Source: an uncultured SAR86 cluster bacterium
GTDB lineage: Bacteria; Pseudomonadota; Gammaproteobacteria; Magnimaribacterales; D2472
Assembly (NCBI GenBank): GCA_902517505.1
Contig: CABYCL010000002.1
Coordinates: 1,941 to 65,940, forward strand
DNA: 64,000 nucleotides
Reading direction: 5' to 3'
Below the pieces are notes generated by a model. The model worked only from the letters and a program-made list of their open reading frames with translations, did no database searches and was not told where the DNA came from. Of this stretch, positions 51,430-60,558 are shown one piece after another. Within the stretch, counting starts at the first letter, position 1; every line of letters begins with the position of its first letter. Made by a program: the position numbers and the translations under genes.

Positions 51430-54297
51430 TTATTGACATGCTTCACAATCTGGATCGTCCAGAGAGCATGCTTCAGGAATTGGAGCTGGCGCACCAAGTT
51501 CCTGTGTTGAGGTCTGATTTGCATCAGAACTCACCGCGTTAAGTTTTCCTTGTTGAACAGTTGATTTTTCTGTGGAAGTGGCAGCAATCGATCTCAAGTA
51601 ATAGGTTGTTTTTAAACCAGAATACCAAGCCATTCTATATGTAATGTCTAATTTTTTACCGTCTGCATTACCTATATATAAATTTAACGATTGAGCTTGA
51701 TCAATCCACTTTTGTCTTCTACTTGCTGACTCAACAATATATCTAGGCTCAACCTCAAAAGCTGTTGAAAATAGTTTTTTAATATCATCTGGTATTCTTG
51801 ATATTTCTGACAGACTACCTTCAAAATATTTAAGATCGTTTATCATTACATCATCCCATAAGTCTAGATCTTTTAATTTTCTTACAAGATGGGGGTTCAC
51901 AATTGTAAACTCTCCTGAAAGATTAGATTTTACATATAGGTTTTGATATGTAGGCTCAATTGATTGAGTAACTCCAGTTATATTTGAAATTGTTGCAGTT
52001 GGTGCAATTGCCATAACGTTAGAGTTTCTCATACCATCTTTAACTACTTTTTTTCTTAGTGAATCCCAATCCAAAGTCTCAGATTTATCAACTTTCAAGT
52101 ACTCACTTCCTCTATTTTCTTCAAGAATCTCCAGAGAGTCTTTTGGAAGAATTCCTTTGCTCCATAAAGACCCATTAAATGACTCATATGCACCTCTTTC
52201 TTTCGCGAGTTCGGTCGATGCATAAATTGCGTTATAACTTATCAATTCCATGCTTTTATCGGCAAATGCAACAGCCTCGTCACTACAATAAGGAATATCT
52301 TGAAGATATAAAGCATCTTGGAAGCCCATAAGACCAAGTCCAATCGGTCTATGTTTTAAATTAGAATTCTTTGCAGTATCAACAGAATAGTAATTAATAT
52401 TAATTACGTTATCCAACATTCTTATAGCCGTAGAGACTGTTCGTTTAATTTTTTCTTCATCCAATTTTCCATCATTCATATGATTTGCGAGATTAACAGA
52501 ACCTAAGTTACATACAGCTATTTCATTATTTGCACTTGTATTAAGAGTAATTTCTGTACACAAGTTTGATGAGTGAACAACACCAGCATGTTGTTGCGGA
52601 GATCTTAAATTACAAGAATCTTTAAATGTTATCCATGGATGTCCTGTTTCAAATAGCATTGTTAACATCTTTCTCCAAAGTTCTTTTGCAGGTATAGATT
52701 TAAACTGATCTATCTCTCCGTTCTTAGCTTTTTCTTCGTATTCTTCATACTTTTCTTCAAATGCTTTTCCTATAAGATCATGAAGCTCTGGAGCCTCTCC
52801 TGGAGAAAATAATGTCCAATTTTTATCTTGTTCAACTCTTTTCATGAATAAGTCAGGAACCCAGTTTGCAGTATTCATATCGTGGGTTCTTCTTCTCTCA
52901 TCACCTGTATTTTTTCTCAAATCAAGGAATTCTTCTATATCTAGGTGCCAGGTTTCAAGATATCCACACATAGCTCCTTTTCTTTTTCCACCTTGATTTA
53001 CTGCTACAGCAGTATCATTTGCTACCTTTAAGAATGGAACAACGCCTTGACTCTTGCCATTTGTTCCCTTTATGTAGGAATTCATTGCTCTAACAGGCGT
53101 CCAATCATTTCCTAATCCACCTGCCCATTTCGATAGGAGAGCATTATCTTTCATTGCAGAAAAAATTCCATCTAGATCGTCAGGTATTGTAGTTAGATAA
53201 CATGAAGATAATTGAGGTCTTTTGGTGCCTGAGTTAAAAAGAGTTGGAGTTGAGCTCATATAATCAAAACTGGAGAGAAGGTTATAGAACTCTATTGCTC
53301 TCTCTTCTCTATTCTCTTCTTCTATTGCTAATCCCATTGAGACCCTCATGAAAAAAACTTGAGGAAGTTCATATCTTGTATCATCGCAGTGAATAAAATA
53401 TCTATCGTACAATGTTTGCAAACCTAAGTAAGTAAACTGATTGTCCCTTGTGAAGTCTATTGCCTTACCAAGCTTCTTTAAATCAAAGGTTTTTAATTCA
53501 GGGTTTAAAATATCTAATTCAATCCCTTTATCAATGTATGCTTCAAATGCTTTTGGATAATTTTTTTCCATTTCTAGATAGGTTGACTCTTCTGCAATAC
53601 CCAGAAAGCCCAATGCTTCTCCTCTAATTTGATCCATAAGGATTCTTGCAGTAACAAAAGAATAATTTGGTTCTTTTTCAACCTTTGTTCTTGCTGACAT
53701 AACCAAACTTGTTCTCATATCAGAAATAGAAACACCATCGTATAGATTTTTTAGCGCTTCATCCAAAACCTCATTAACAGATACCTCTTCTAAATCCTGG
53801 CAAGCATCATTTATTAATCCTGCAACTTTTCCAACATCAAGAGGAACTAAACTCCCATCATTTTTTGTCACATTGATTTTTGGAACATTAGGTATATCAA
53901 CTTCTATTGTTTCTTTTTGTCTTTCTTGAGATCTTTCTGCTCTATAGAGTATGTAACTTTTTGCCACGTCTAATTCATCTGATCTCATCAACTGAAGTTC
54001 CACCTGATCTTGGATTTCTTCAATGTGCAGCGTCCCACCTGAAGGCATTCTTCTTTTAAATACCTCAACAACACTTTCAGTGAGCTGATTTACTTTTTTG
54101 TGTATTCTTTCACTTGCAGCAGCATTACCTGACTCAATTGCTAAAAAGGCTTTTGTAATAGCAACCTTTATTTTGTCATCTTCAAATGCAACAACTTTTC
54201 CATTTCTTTTGATAACTCTTAGTTTGCCTGGTGCAGTTGTCTCTATGTCTGTTAATGGTTTGTTAATGTTGTTTTGTTTTTGTTCTTGTACTTCCAT
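51430..54297 (-). CDS. nrdA: class Ia ribonucleotide reductase alpha subunit (two N-terminal ATP-cone-like segments)
   Basis: 955 aa. VIKRNGKVVAF and VTKNDGSLVPL are ATP-cone starts. Active-site NLCTEI is present, and the C-terminal redox tail is CSLDDPDCEACQ. Confidence 0.95.
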   Translation of the reverse strand: MEVQEQKQNNINKPLTDIETTAPGKLRVIKRNGKVVAFEDDKIKVAITKAFLAIESGNAAASERIHKKVNQLTESVVEVFKRRMPSGGTLHIEEIQDQVELQLMRSDELDVAKSYILYRAERSQERQKETIEVDIPNVPKINVTKNDGSLVPLDVGKVAGLINDACQDLEEVSVNEVLDEALKNLYDGVSISDMRTSLVMSARTKVEKEPNYSFVTARILMDQIRGEALGFLGIAEESTYLEMEKNYPKAFEAYIDKGIELDILNPELKTFDLKKLGKAIDFTRDNQFTYLGLQTLYDRYFIHCDDTRYELPQVFFMRVSMGLAIEEENREERAIEFYNLLSSFDYMSSTPTLFNSGTKRPQLSSCYLTTIPDDLDGIFSAMKDNALLSKWAGGLGNDWTPVRAMNSYIKGTNGKSQGVVPFLKVANDTAVAVNQGGKRKGAMCGYLETWHLDIEEFLDLRKNTGDERRRTHDMNTANWVPDLFMKRVEQDKNWTLFSPGEAPELHDLIGKAFEEKYEEYEEKAKNGEIDQFKSIPAKELWRKMLTMLFETGHPWITFKDSCNLRSPQQHAGVVHSSNLCTEITLNTSANNEIAVCNLGSVNLANHMNDGKLDEEKIKRTVSTAIRMLDNVININYYSVDTAKNSNLKHRPIGLGLMGFQDALYLQDIPYCSDEAVAFADKSMELISYNAIYASTELAKERGAYESFNGSLWSKGILPKDSLEILEENRGSEYLKVDKSETLDWDSLRKKVVKDGMRNSNVMAIAPTATISNITGVTQSIEPTYQNLYVKSNLSGEFTIVNPHLVRKLKDLDLWDDVMINDLKYFEGSLSEISRIPDDIKKLFSTAFEVEPRYIVESASRRQKWIDQAQSLNLYIGNADGKKLDITYRMAWYSGLKTTYYLRSIAATSTEKSTVQQGKLNAVSSDANQTSTQELGAPAPIPEACSLDDPDCEACQ

Positions 54298-54443
54298 TTT
54301 TATTATTTCCGCCCAATATTTAAACTCCTTTGAGTTTTCTTTTATATTCGTTTGTTTGAAAAATCTATGTGTATCTGCAGTAACGTAAATTTTTTCTCTC
54401 AGTCACTAATATACTTATTGTTGACAAAGAATCAAGTAAAAAA

Positions 54444-54490
54444 ACACAATATATTGTGACAATTTCATATTTTTACACAATATAGTGTAT
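54444..54490. promoter_or_regulatory. NrdR-box-like operators upstream of nrdAB
   Basis: ACACAATATATTGTGA (54444-54459) contains a perfect 14-bp palindrome and fits the published NrdR consensus acaCwAtATaTwGtgt at 15 of 16 positions. A second, shorter ACACAATATAGTGT lies at 54475-54488, about 30 bp centre to centre. Confidence 0.5.
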
Positions 54491-54529
54491 ATATGGTGTT
54501 TTTTTCTTGTTGGTAATAAGTTAATAAAT

Positions 54530-54538
54530 TGTGGATAA
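54530..54538. promoter_or_regulatory. consensus DnaA box in the nrdA-glpK divergent intergenic region
   Basis: Exact TGTGGATAA, about 230 bp upstream of the nrdA start. DnaA boxes are known upstream of E. coli nrdAB. Confidence 0.4.
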
Positions 54539-54558
54539 TTAACCCTGGAGCATTAATT

Positions 54559-56010
54559 ATGAAAAACTTTTTATCTATAGACCAAGGAACTACAAGCTCG
54601 AGATCTATAATTTTTGACTCTAATCTAAAATTAGTTAAAGACTCACAAAAAGAATACTACCTTGAGTATCCAAATGATGGATGGGTTGAGCTGAAACCAG
54701 AAAATGTAATAGAGACAGTCTTAGAGACTCTAGAAGAGGTTTTAAGTGGCAATCATGATATAGAAGCATGTGGTATAACAAATCAAAGAGAAACGACTAT
54801 CGTTTGGTCAAAACTATCTGGCGAGCCTATCTACCCAGGAATTGTTTGGCAGGATAGACGTACTCATGATTTATGTACTAAATTAAAAGCTGAAGGCCAT
54901 GAGGAAGTCATTAAAGAAAAAACAGGATTAGTTCTTGATCCATATTTCTCAGCTTCTAAAATAAAATGGATTTTAGATAATGTAGAAGGAGCAAGGAAAA
55001 AAGCCAGCAATGGCGAATTGCTATTTGGCACCATCGATTCATATTTGATTTACAAGTTATCAAAAGAGAAGAATCATTTTACAGATGTGACAAATGCTTC
55101 AAGGACACTTCTTTTTAATATAAAGACCATGGATTGGGATGATCAGCTATTGGATTTATTTGATATACCTAGAACTATGATGCCTAGAGTATTAGGTTGT
55201 GATGGCAATTTCGGACATTTGAATATTAATAATAAAGAAATCCCAATTAGAGGTGTCATAGGAGATCAGCAAGCTGCACTTGTAGGGCAAGGGTGTTTTA
55301 AAAATGGAGACATGAAATCAACATTTGGTACAGGATGTTTTTTAATGGTGAATACCAAAGAAAAACCTGTTCATATTGAAGAAGGATTGCTAACAACTAT
55401 TGCATATAGCCTTAATGGCGAGGTGAACTATGCAATAGAAGGGAGCATATACTCTTGTGGGAATATTATTAAATGGTTGAGAGATAAGATGAAATTCTTT
55501 AAAACAGCCAAAGATAGTGAAAAATTTCTAAATAATAATGGAGAAACTAACAATGTACTGTTTTTACCTGCATTTAATGGCTTAGGAGCACCATTTTGGG
55601 ATTCAGATATTCGAGGTGGTTTCTATGGCATTACTCAAGATTCTTCTATTGAGGATATCGTAACAGCAGCTTTTCAGGCAATTACATTTCAAACAAAGGA
55701 AATAACTTCAATCCTTGAAAAATATGACATAGAAATTAATAATTTATTAGTTGATGGAGGTATGGTCGGGAATGATTCTTTTTGCCAAGCATTAGCTGAC
55801 ACCTTAGATAAAGAGATATTTCAACCAGAAAACATTGAATCTACTGCAATTGGTGCCTGTAAGGTTTGCATGATGTCATCAGGATTAGATATAGAAAAAA
55901 TAAATAACTCAAAAATTAAGCCTTTCAAACCAAATAAGGGTTTAACTGAAAAGTATTCTAAGAATTATACGAAGTGGAAATCTTATATATTAAATTCTCT
56001 TATTAATTAA
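54559..56010 (+). CDS. glpK: glycerol kinase
   Basis: MKNFLSIDQGTTSSR N-terminus and FGGY kinase blocks. ATG at 54559 is preferred over the TTG track start at 54529. Confidence 0.93.
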   Translation: MKNFLSIDQGTTSSRSIIFDSNLKLVKDSQKEYYLEYPNDGWVELKPENVIETVLETLEEVLSGNHDIEACGITNQRETTIVWSKLSGEPIYPGIVWQDRRTHDLCTKLKAEGHEEVIKEKTGLVLDPYFSASKIKWILDNVEGARKKASNGELLFGTIDSYLIYKLSKEKNHFTDVTNASRTLLFNIKTMDWDDQLLDLFDIPRTMMPRVLGCDGNFGHLNINNKEIPIRGVIGDQQAALVGQGCFKNGDMKSTFGTGCFLMVNTKEKPVHIEEGLLTTIAYSLNGEVNYAIEGSIYSCGNIIKWLRDKMKFFKTAKDSEKFLNNNGETNNVLFLPAFNGLGAPFWDSDIRGGFYGITQDSSIEDIVTAAFQAITFQTKEITSILEKYDIEINNLLVDGGMVGNDSFCQALADTLDKEIFQPENIESTAIGACKVCMMSSGLDIEKINNSKIKPFKPNKGLTEKYSKNYTKWKSYILNSLIN

Positions 56011-56651
56011 CCAATAGTAATTTCATTTGTGATTGATAAACTTTCTAATTGGTTGGAGTTATGCGAGACTAATAAACAAGGTATTTTAAATTCATTTAAA
56101 ATATTTTTTATTAAATTCTGAGCAATAGTTATATTTTTCTGATCTAAATTAGAGAAAGGCTCATCTAACAATAATAAATTTGGTTTCATTAATATAGCTC
56201 TTGCCAGTGCAACTCTTTGCTGTTGACCGCCAGAGAGCTCATATGGCATCTTAGTGAGATGATTAGATAAGCTTAGTTTACTAGATAATCTATCAAATAA
56301 AACATTCTCACTAATTGACATAGCATATTTAATATTTTTTTCAGCGTTTATGTGAGGAAATAAAGCAAAGTCTTGAAAAACATAACCTATGTTCCTTTTC
56401 TCTGGATTAATGAATTTGTTTTCGCTATTAAGTACATTATTATTAAGGATAATGTTTCCATTATCAGGTTTCTTTAAACCAGAAATAATATTTAAAAGTG
56501 TTGACTTTCCAGAACCGCTAGCTCCTTTTAATAAACATACTTCATTTTGCGCAATTTTAAAGCTCAAATTTTCTATATGAAAACTATTATTAAAAGAAAA
56601 AGATAAATTATTTACTTCAAAGGCCATATTTATATGGTTAATATATGTCAA
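56007..56651 (-). CDS. orphan ABC transporter ATP-binding protein (importer-type, no regulatory C-domain)
   Basis: Walker A GASGSGKST, Q-loop YVFQDFALFPH, signature LSGGQQQR, Walker B LLLLDEP, and H-loop VSHN. No permease or binding protein is adjacent. Confidence 0.85.
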   Translation of the reverse strand: MTYINHINMAFEVNNLSFSFNNSFHIENLSFKIAQNEVCLLKGASGSGKSTLLNIISGLKKPDNGNIILNNNVLNSENKFINPEKRNIGYVFQDFALFPHINAEKNIKYAMSISENVLFDRLSSKLSLSNHLTKMPYELSGGQQQRVALARAILMKPNLLLLDEPFSNLDQKNITIAQNLIKNILNEFKIPCLLVSHNSNQLESLSITNEITIG

Positions 56652-56707
56652 ATTTATATATAATGCTTCTGTTTTTCAATATAAGTTTGAATTAACCTAA
56701 CCACAAA

Positions 56708-57880
56708 ATGTCTACATATAAACTTTATAACAACATTGCTGAAGAAGGTATTAAATGTCTTTCTGATAGCGGATTTAAAGAAGATACAAGTAATCCAGAG
56801 GCTATGTTGATAAGAAGTCATACTCTAGATGAGTCTGACTTTAATGAATCATTGAGATGTATATGTAGAGCTGGAGCTGGCGTGAATCATATTCCTATAA
56901 ATATGGCCACTGAAAGGGGTGTAGTTGTCTTTAACACTCCAGGTGGAAATGCTAATGCAGTTAAGGAGCTAGTAATATGCGGTTTATTGTTATCATCAAG
57001 AGGAATAATACAAGGTCATAAATTTACACAAGGTCTTTATAGTAAAAATTCAAACGATTTAACTAATTTAGTTGAAAATAATAAAAAAAGATTTAAAGGT
57101 AGTGAGTTAAAAGGAAAAACAATTGGAATAATTGGACTAGGTTCTATAGGTTCATTATTGGCACAAGCAGTTGAAAGTATGGGTATGAAAATAATCGGCT
57201 ATGATCCAAATATTTCAATAGACTCTGCTTGGCAACTTCCAAAAGATGTCGAAAAGGCAGAAGACTTAAAATACTTACTGTCAAATTCTGATTATATTTC
57301 TATTCATGTCCCTTTGGTTGAAGAAACAAAAAATTTAATTTCAAAAGATAATATTAAATATATTAAAAAAGGGTCAAAATTAATCAATTTATCCAGAGAG
57401 TCGATTGTAAATAATTTAGACATATTATCTGCTCTTGAAAGTAAAAAAATTAGTTCTTTTGTGACTGATTTTCCAACGCCAGAATTAGTAAATAGATCAA
57501 TAGATTATTCAGATGTAATTCTTCTTCCTCATTTGGGAGCAAGCACAAAAGAAGCAGAAATAAATTGTGCAATCATGGCTGCAGAGCAAGCTAATAATTT
57601 TATAATCAATGGAGAGATAATTAACTCTGTTAATTTTCCGAGAGTAAGACTTAGAAGAACTACAAAAAATAGATTAGTGATCGTTCATAAAGATGAGCCT
57701 GGCTTAATTGGAAGTATTACTGGAGAGTTAGCATCACAAAACATTAATATTTCCGATATGATAAACAAAAGCAGGAACGAGATAGCAATAACCTTAATCG
57801 ACATTGAAATAGAACCATCTGTAAACTTATTAAATAATATAAATAAAATTGATAAAGTATTGAGTGTCCGTTGTTGCTAA
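56708..57880 (+). CDS. serA: D-3-phosphoglycerate dehydrogenase-like 2-hydroxyacid dehydrogenase with C-terminal ACT domain
   Basis: GIIGLGSIGS NAD motif, the catalytic region around LPHLGAST, and a C-terminal ACT-like segment RLVIVHKDEPGLIGSITGELA. Confidence 0.75.
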   Translation: MSTYKLYNNIAEEGIKCLSDSGFKEDTSNPEAMLIRSHTLDESDFNESLRCICRAGAGVNHIPINMATERGVVVFNTPGGNANAVKELVICGLLLSSRGIIQGHKFTQGLYSKNSNDLTNLVENNKKRFKGSELKGKTIGIIGLGSIGSLLAQAVESMGMKIIGYDPNISIDSAWQLPKDVEKAEDLKYLLSNSDYISIHVPLVEETKNLISKDNIKYIKKGSKLINLSRESIVNNLDILSALESKKISSFVTDFPTPELVNRSIDYSDVILLPHLGASTKEAEINCAIMAAEQANNFIINGEIINSVNFPRVRLRRTTKNRLVIVHKDEPGLIGSITGELASQNINISDMINKSRNEIAITLIDIEIEPSVNLLNNINKIDKVLSVRCC

Positions 57881-58136
57881 TTCTTAGCAGAATTCCTTCA
57901 ATTTCTTAAGAACATCTGTCTATAAATATTTTTTATAAATTAAATTAAAAAATAACTTGTCAACAGAAAAAATAAGTGTTAAAAGCAAGCACCATTTTTC
58001 ATGTTGAGTTTTTTCTAATAATTGTAAAAAATTAATTAAATTACTGATATGCGGTTATTTTTACTATTATTGTATAATTTTTATACAACTTATAGAAAAA
58101 GCTTATTTTAAGCCACATATTGTGGTATAAATAAAG

Positions 58137-58171
58137 TTATCCATAACTTTATCCACAGTTTCTGTGGATAA
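58137..58171. promoter_or_regulatory. cluster of three DnaA-box motifs (two of them forming a perfect palindrome) 13 bp upstream of ung
   Basis: TTATCCATA (58137-58145), TTATCCACA (58149-58157) and TGTGGATAA (58163-58171). TTATCCACAG-ttt-CTGTGGATAA is a perfect 10-bp inverted repeat. Confidence 0.6.
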
Positions 58172-58183
58172 AAATTTATAAAA

Positions 58184-58861
58184 ATGAACAAAAATTTTTT
58201 TAATTTTACTCTATCAAAATCTTGGGAATATGAACTAAAAAAAATCTCTGATTTATCTTCTCTTAAAAAACCAGTGGGCTATATCTCTAAAGAAATTTCT
58301 AAAAATAAAGAAATATCTCCAGATATAAAAGATATCTTTAAAGCATTCGAATACTGTTCTTTTTCTTCAACAAAAGTAGTGATTTTTGGACAAGATCCAT
58401 ACTTTCAAAAAGGTGTTGCGAATGGATTAGCCTTCTCTGTTAAATCGAATGAAACTTTACCGGCATCTTTAAGAAATATTTATAAAGAAATAGAAAATGA
58501 TATTGGCATGACATCTAACATTGATGGATGTCTAAAGTCTTGGGCAATCCAGGGAGTATTATTGTTGAATTCCTCTTTGACTGTTGAAGTTGGAAAACCT
58601 GGCTCTCATTCAAATATAGGCTGGCAAGATTTTATTTATGATGTAGTTAAAGTCATAAATCAAAAAGAGAATATTGTATTTATTTTATGGGGTAATGATG
58701 CAAAAAAGTATGACAAACATATAGATCAAAATAAGAATCTAGTTTTATCATCTGCTCACCCATCTCCACTGTCCTCTTATAGAGGATTTTTTGGCTGTAA
58801 GCATTTTTCTAAGTGCAATAAATATCTTAAAAGTAAAAATATTAGTGAAATTAAATGGTAG
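58184..58861 (+). CDS. ung: uracil-DNA glycosylase
   Basis: GQDPYF water-activating loop, LLLNSSLTV and the HPSPLS motif. Confidence 0.93.
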   Translation: MNKNFFNFTLSKSWEYELKKISDLSSLKKPVGYISKEISKNKEISPDIKDIFKAFEYCSFSSTKVVIFGQDPYFQKGVANGLAFSVKSNETLPASLRNIYKEIENDIGMTSNIDGCLKSWAIQGVLLLNSSLTVEVGKPGSHSNIGWQDFIYDVVKVINQKENIVFILWGNDAKKYDKHIDQNKNLVLSSAHPSPLSSYRGFFGCKHFSKCNKYLKSKNISEIKW

Positions 58862-58863
58862 TT

Positions 58864-59652
58864 TTAATAAATATCAATAATGCCCGATAATTTTTTTATT
58901 TGATCGAGTTTGTCTCTTTTCACAATAGCATTAAATATTTGTTTTTCTTTAAGTTTAATTGTTTCACCTAAAATTTTGATATTTGAAAATTCATTGAAAT
59001 CACTTTCTGTTGTAAAAGTACAAAATTTTCTTCTATTGATTCCCAGGTATTTCATTCTTGCAACTATTTCTTGTCCTCTATAACAACCTTTTTCAAAAGA
59101 AACTCTTAAATTGTCAAAATTTATCTCCAAAGGTCTATATTTTCCAGAATCTTCTTTATTAAGAAACAAAATACCCAATAACTTATGCGCAACAATCCAA
59201 TTTTCGTAACTTATTGAATTTTCTATACTTAAATCTTTGTTATTTACTTCTATTGATGTCTGAAATAGGTCATTTGAGCTATAGCAAGGCATAGAATTAT
59301 CTTTTTTTGATACTTTACCAATGATTTTCTTGTCTGATAATTCAAATGTTGTAAAAAAAAACTTTGCAAATGGAGCTAATTCTTCTTTAAAGAGTTCTAC
59401 ACAGTTCTTATTAATTATTATTTTAAATTTATTGTCTTGTTTGTATATTATAAAATCAGCTATAACCTGACCCTTCTGATTACAGATAGATGATAGCTGA
59501 GAGGTATTATTAGTCATTACACTGATATCAGAAGTAAGTTGACCTTGAAGAAACTCTTCCACTTTTATTAAATCACCAACAACATCTAATGCACACCAAT
59601 CTTTGATATGATGTGTTCCAAATTCTATTAAATTATAAATATCTGTTTTCAA
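58864..59652 (-). CDS. ygfZ: folate-binding tRNA-modification/Fe-S repair protein YgfZ
   Basis: Signature KGCYRGQEIVARMKYLG; adjacent and divergent to sdhE, as in E. coli. Confidence 0.85.
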   Translation of the reverse strand: MKTDIYNLIEFGTHHIKDWCALDVVGDLIKVEEFLQGQLTSDISVMTNNTSQLSSICNQKGQVIADFIIYKQDNKFKIIINKNCVELFKEELAPFAKFFFTTFELSDKKIIGKVSKKDNSMPCYSSNDLFQTSIEVNNKDLSIENSISYENWIVAHKLLGILFLNKEDSGKYRPLEINFDNLRVSFEKGCYRGQEIVARMKYLGINRRKFCTFTTESDFNEFSNIKILGETIKLKEKQIFNAIVKRDKLDQIKKLSGIIDIY

Positions 59653-59686
59653 GTAAAATTAATGATGTAAAACTTTATTTTAACCA

Positions 59687-59944
59687 ATGAATGATGAAAT
59701 AAACAGAATTAACTGGAAGTGCAGAAGAGGCATGAGAGAGATTGATCTTTTGTTAAGGGAGTTTTCTTCGACTTCTATTAAAAAATTAAACAGTAATGAC
59801 TTGTCGGTATTTGACGAAATATTAAACTATGATGATCAAAAGTTGTATGATTTTATATTTAAAAACGAATCCCTAGGAAATAAAGAGCACGAAGACTTTA
59901 TTAATAAAAATTTAAAAACATTTTCAAAACAAGGAAACTTTTAA
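59687..59944 (+). CDS. sdhE: FAD assembly factor SdhE (YgfY)
   Basis: 85 aa with the WKCRRGMREIDLLL (RGxxE) motif. Confidence 0.85.
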   Translation: MNDEINRINWKCRRGMREIDLLLREFSSTSIKKLNSNDLSVFDEILNYDDQKLYDFIFKNESLGNKEHEDFINKNLKTFSKQGNF

Positions 59945-59961
59945 GTATATTTCTTGTCAGA
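59934..59961 (+). promoter_or_regulatory. candidate sigma-E (AlgU/RpoE)-dependent autoregulatory promoter of rpoE
   Basis: GAAACTT (59934-59940), a 16-nt spacer, then TCAGA (59957-59961). The consensus is GAACTT-N16-TCTGA/TCAAA. It lies 22 nt upstream of the rpoE ATG, inside the sdhE 3' end. Confidence 0.45.
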
Positions 59962-59982
59962 AGGCATAGGAAACATAATTAT

Positions 59983-60558
59983 ATGAAAAAAAATTCAGAT
60001 GATATTGATTCCGTTTTGATAGAAAAAGCAAAAAATGGTAACAAAGGAGCATTTAGCATACTAGTGAATAAATACTATCCGAGAGTATATGCAACATTAT
60101 TTTCTTTTACAAAATCAAAAGAAGATTCTGAAGATTTATCTCAACAAACCTTTATAAAAGTATGGCAACAACTAGATTCATTTAGGGGTGATAGTGCATT
60201 CTTTACATGGGTTTACAGGATTGCAATAAATTTAGCCAAGAATTTTGTAGCTAGTTCTGGATTTAAAAAGCAAAAAATAAATACTTCTATTGAGCAAGCT
60301 GAAATTGATATTAGCTCATTTGAGGACATAGAATCTGCTGTAATTCATAAACAATCTTTAAAAGAAATAAAAAATTTTATTAATACGTTGCCAGAATCTC
60401 TTAAAACAGCATTTACTTTAAGAGAGGCCGAAGGAAGAAGTTATGAAGATATAAGCGTTATAACAGATACTCCAATTGGAACTGTTCGTTCAAGAATATT
60501 TAGAGCAAGAGAGTCGATTATAGATTTTATGCAAAAGGAGCTTATTACAAATGAATGA
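59983..60558 (+). CDS. rpoE: ECF sigma factor RpoE/AlgU
   Basis: Region 2 (FSILVNKYYPRVY...FFTWVYRIAIN) and region 4 (REAEGRSYEDISVITDTPIGTVRSRIFRARE). Confidence 0.93.
   Translation: MKKNSDDIDSVLIEKAKNGNKGAFSILVNKYYPRVYATLFSFTKSKEDSEDLSQQTFIKVWQQLDSFRGDSAFFTWVYRIAINLAKNFVASSGFKKQKINTSIEQAEIDISSFEDIESAVIHKQSLKEIKNFINTLPESLKTAFTLREAEGRSYEDISVITDTPIGTVRSRIFRARESIIDFMQKELITNE

Noticed and set aside
57881-58183. The AT-rich 303-bp spacer with DnaA boxes as the chromosomal replication origin (oriC)
   Set aside because: I found only three good DnaA boxes, all packed within 35 bp. I see no 13-mer DUE-like repeats and no GATC cluster. There is no dnaA, dnaN, rpmH, gidA or mioC neighbour. The strong plus-strand gene-orientation bias continues unchanged on both sides of the spacer. 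A regulatory or DARS-like role is more plausible, and whole-genome GC-skew analysis would settle it.
57881-58183. A small RNA gene (e.g. 6S RNA, which lies in the serA region in E. coli) or a tRNA in the long spacer
   Set aside because: I found no long-range complementary 5' and 3' ends, GC-rich stems or tRNA cloverleaf features in this very AT-rich stretch. The other intergenic gaps are under 170 bp. A covariance-model scan (6S, tmRNA, SRP, RNase P, tRNA) would be the proper test.
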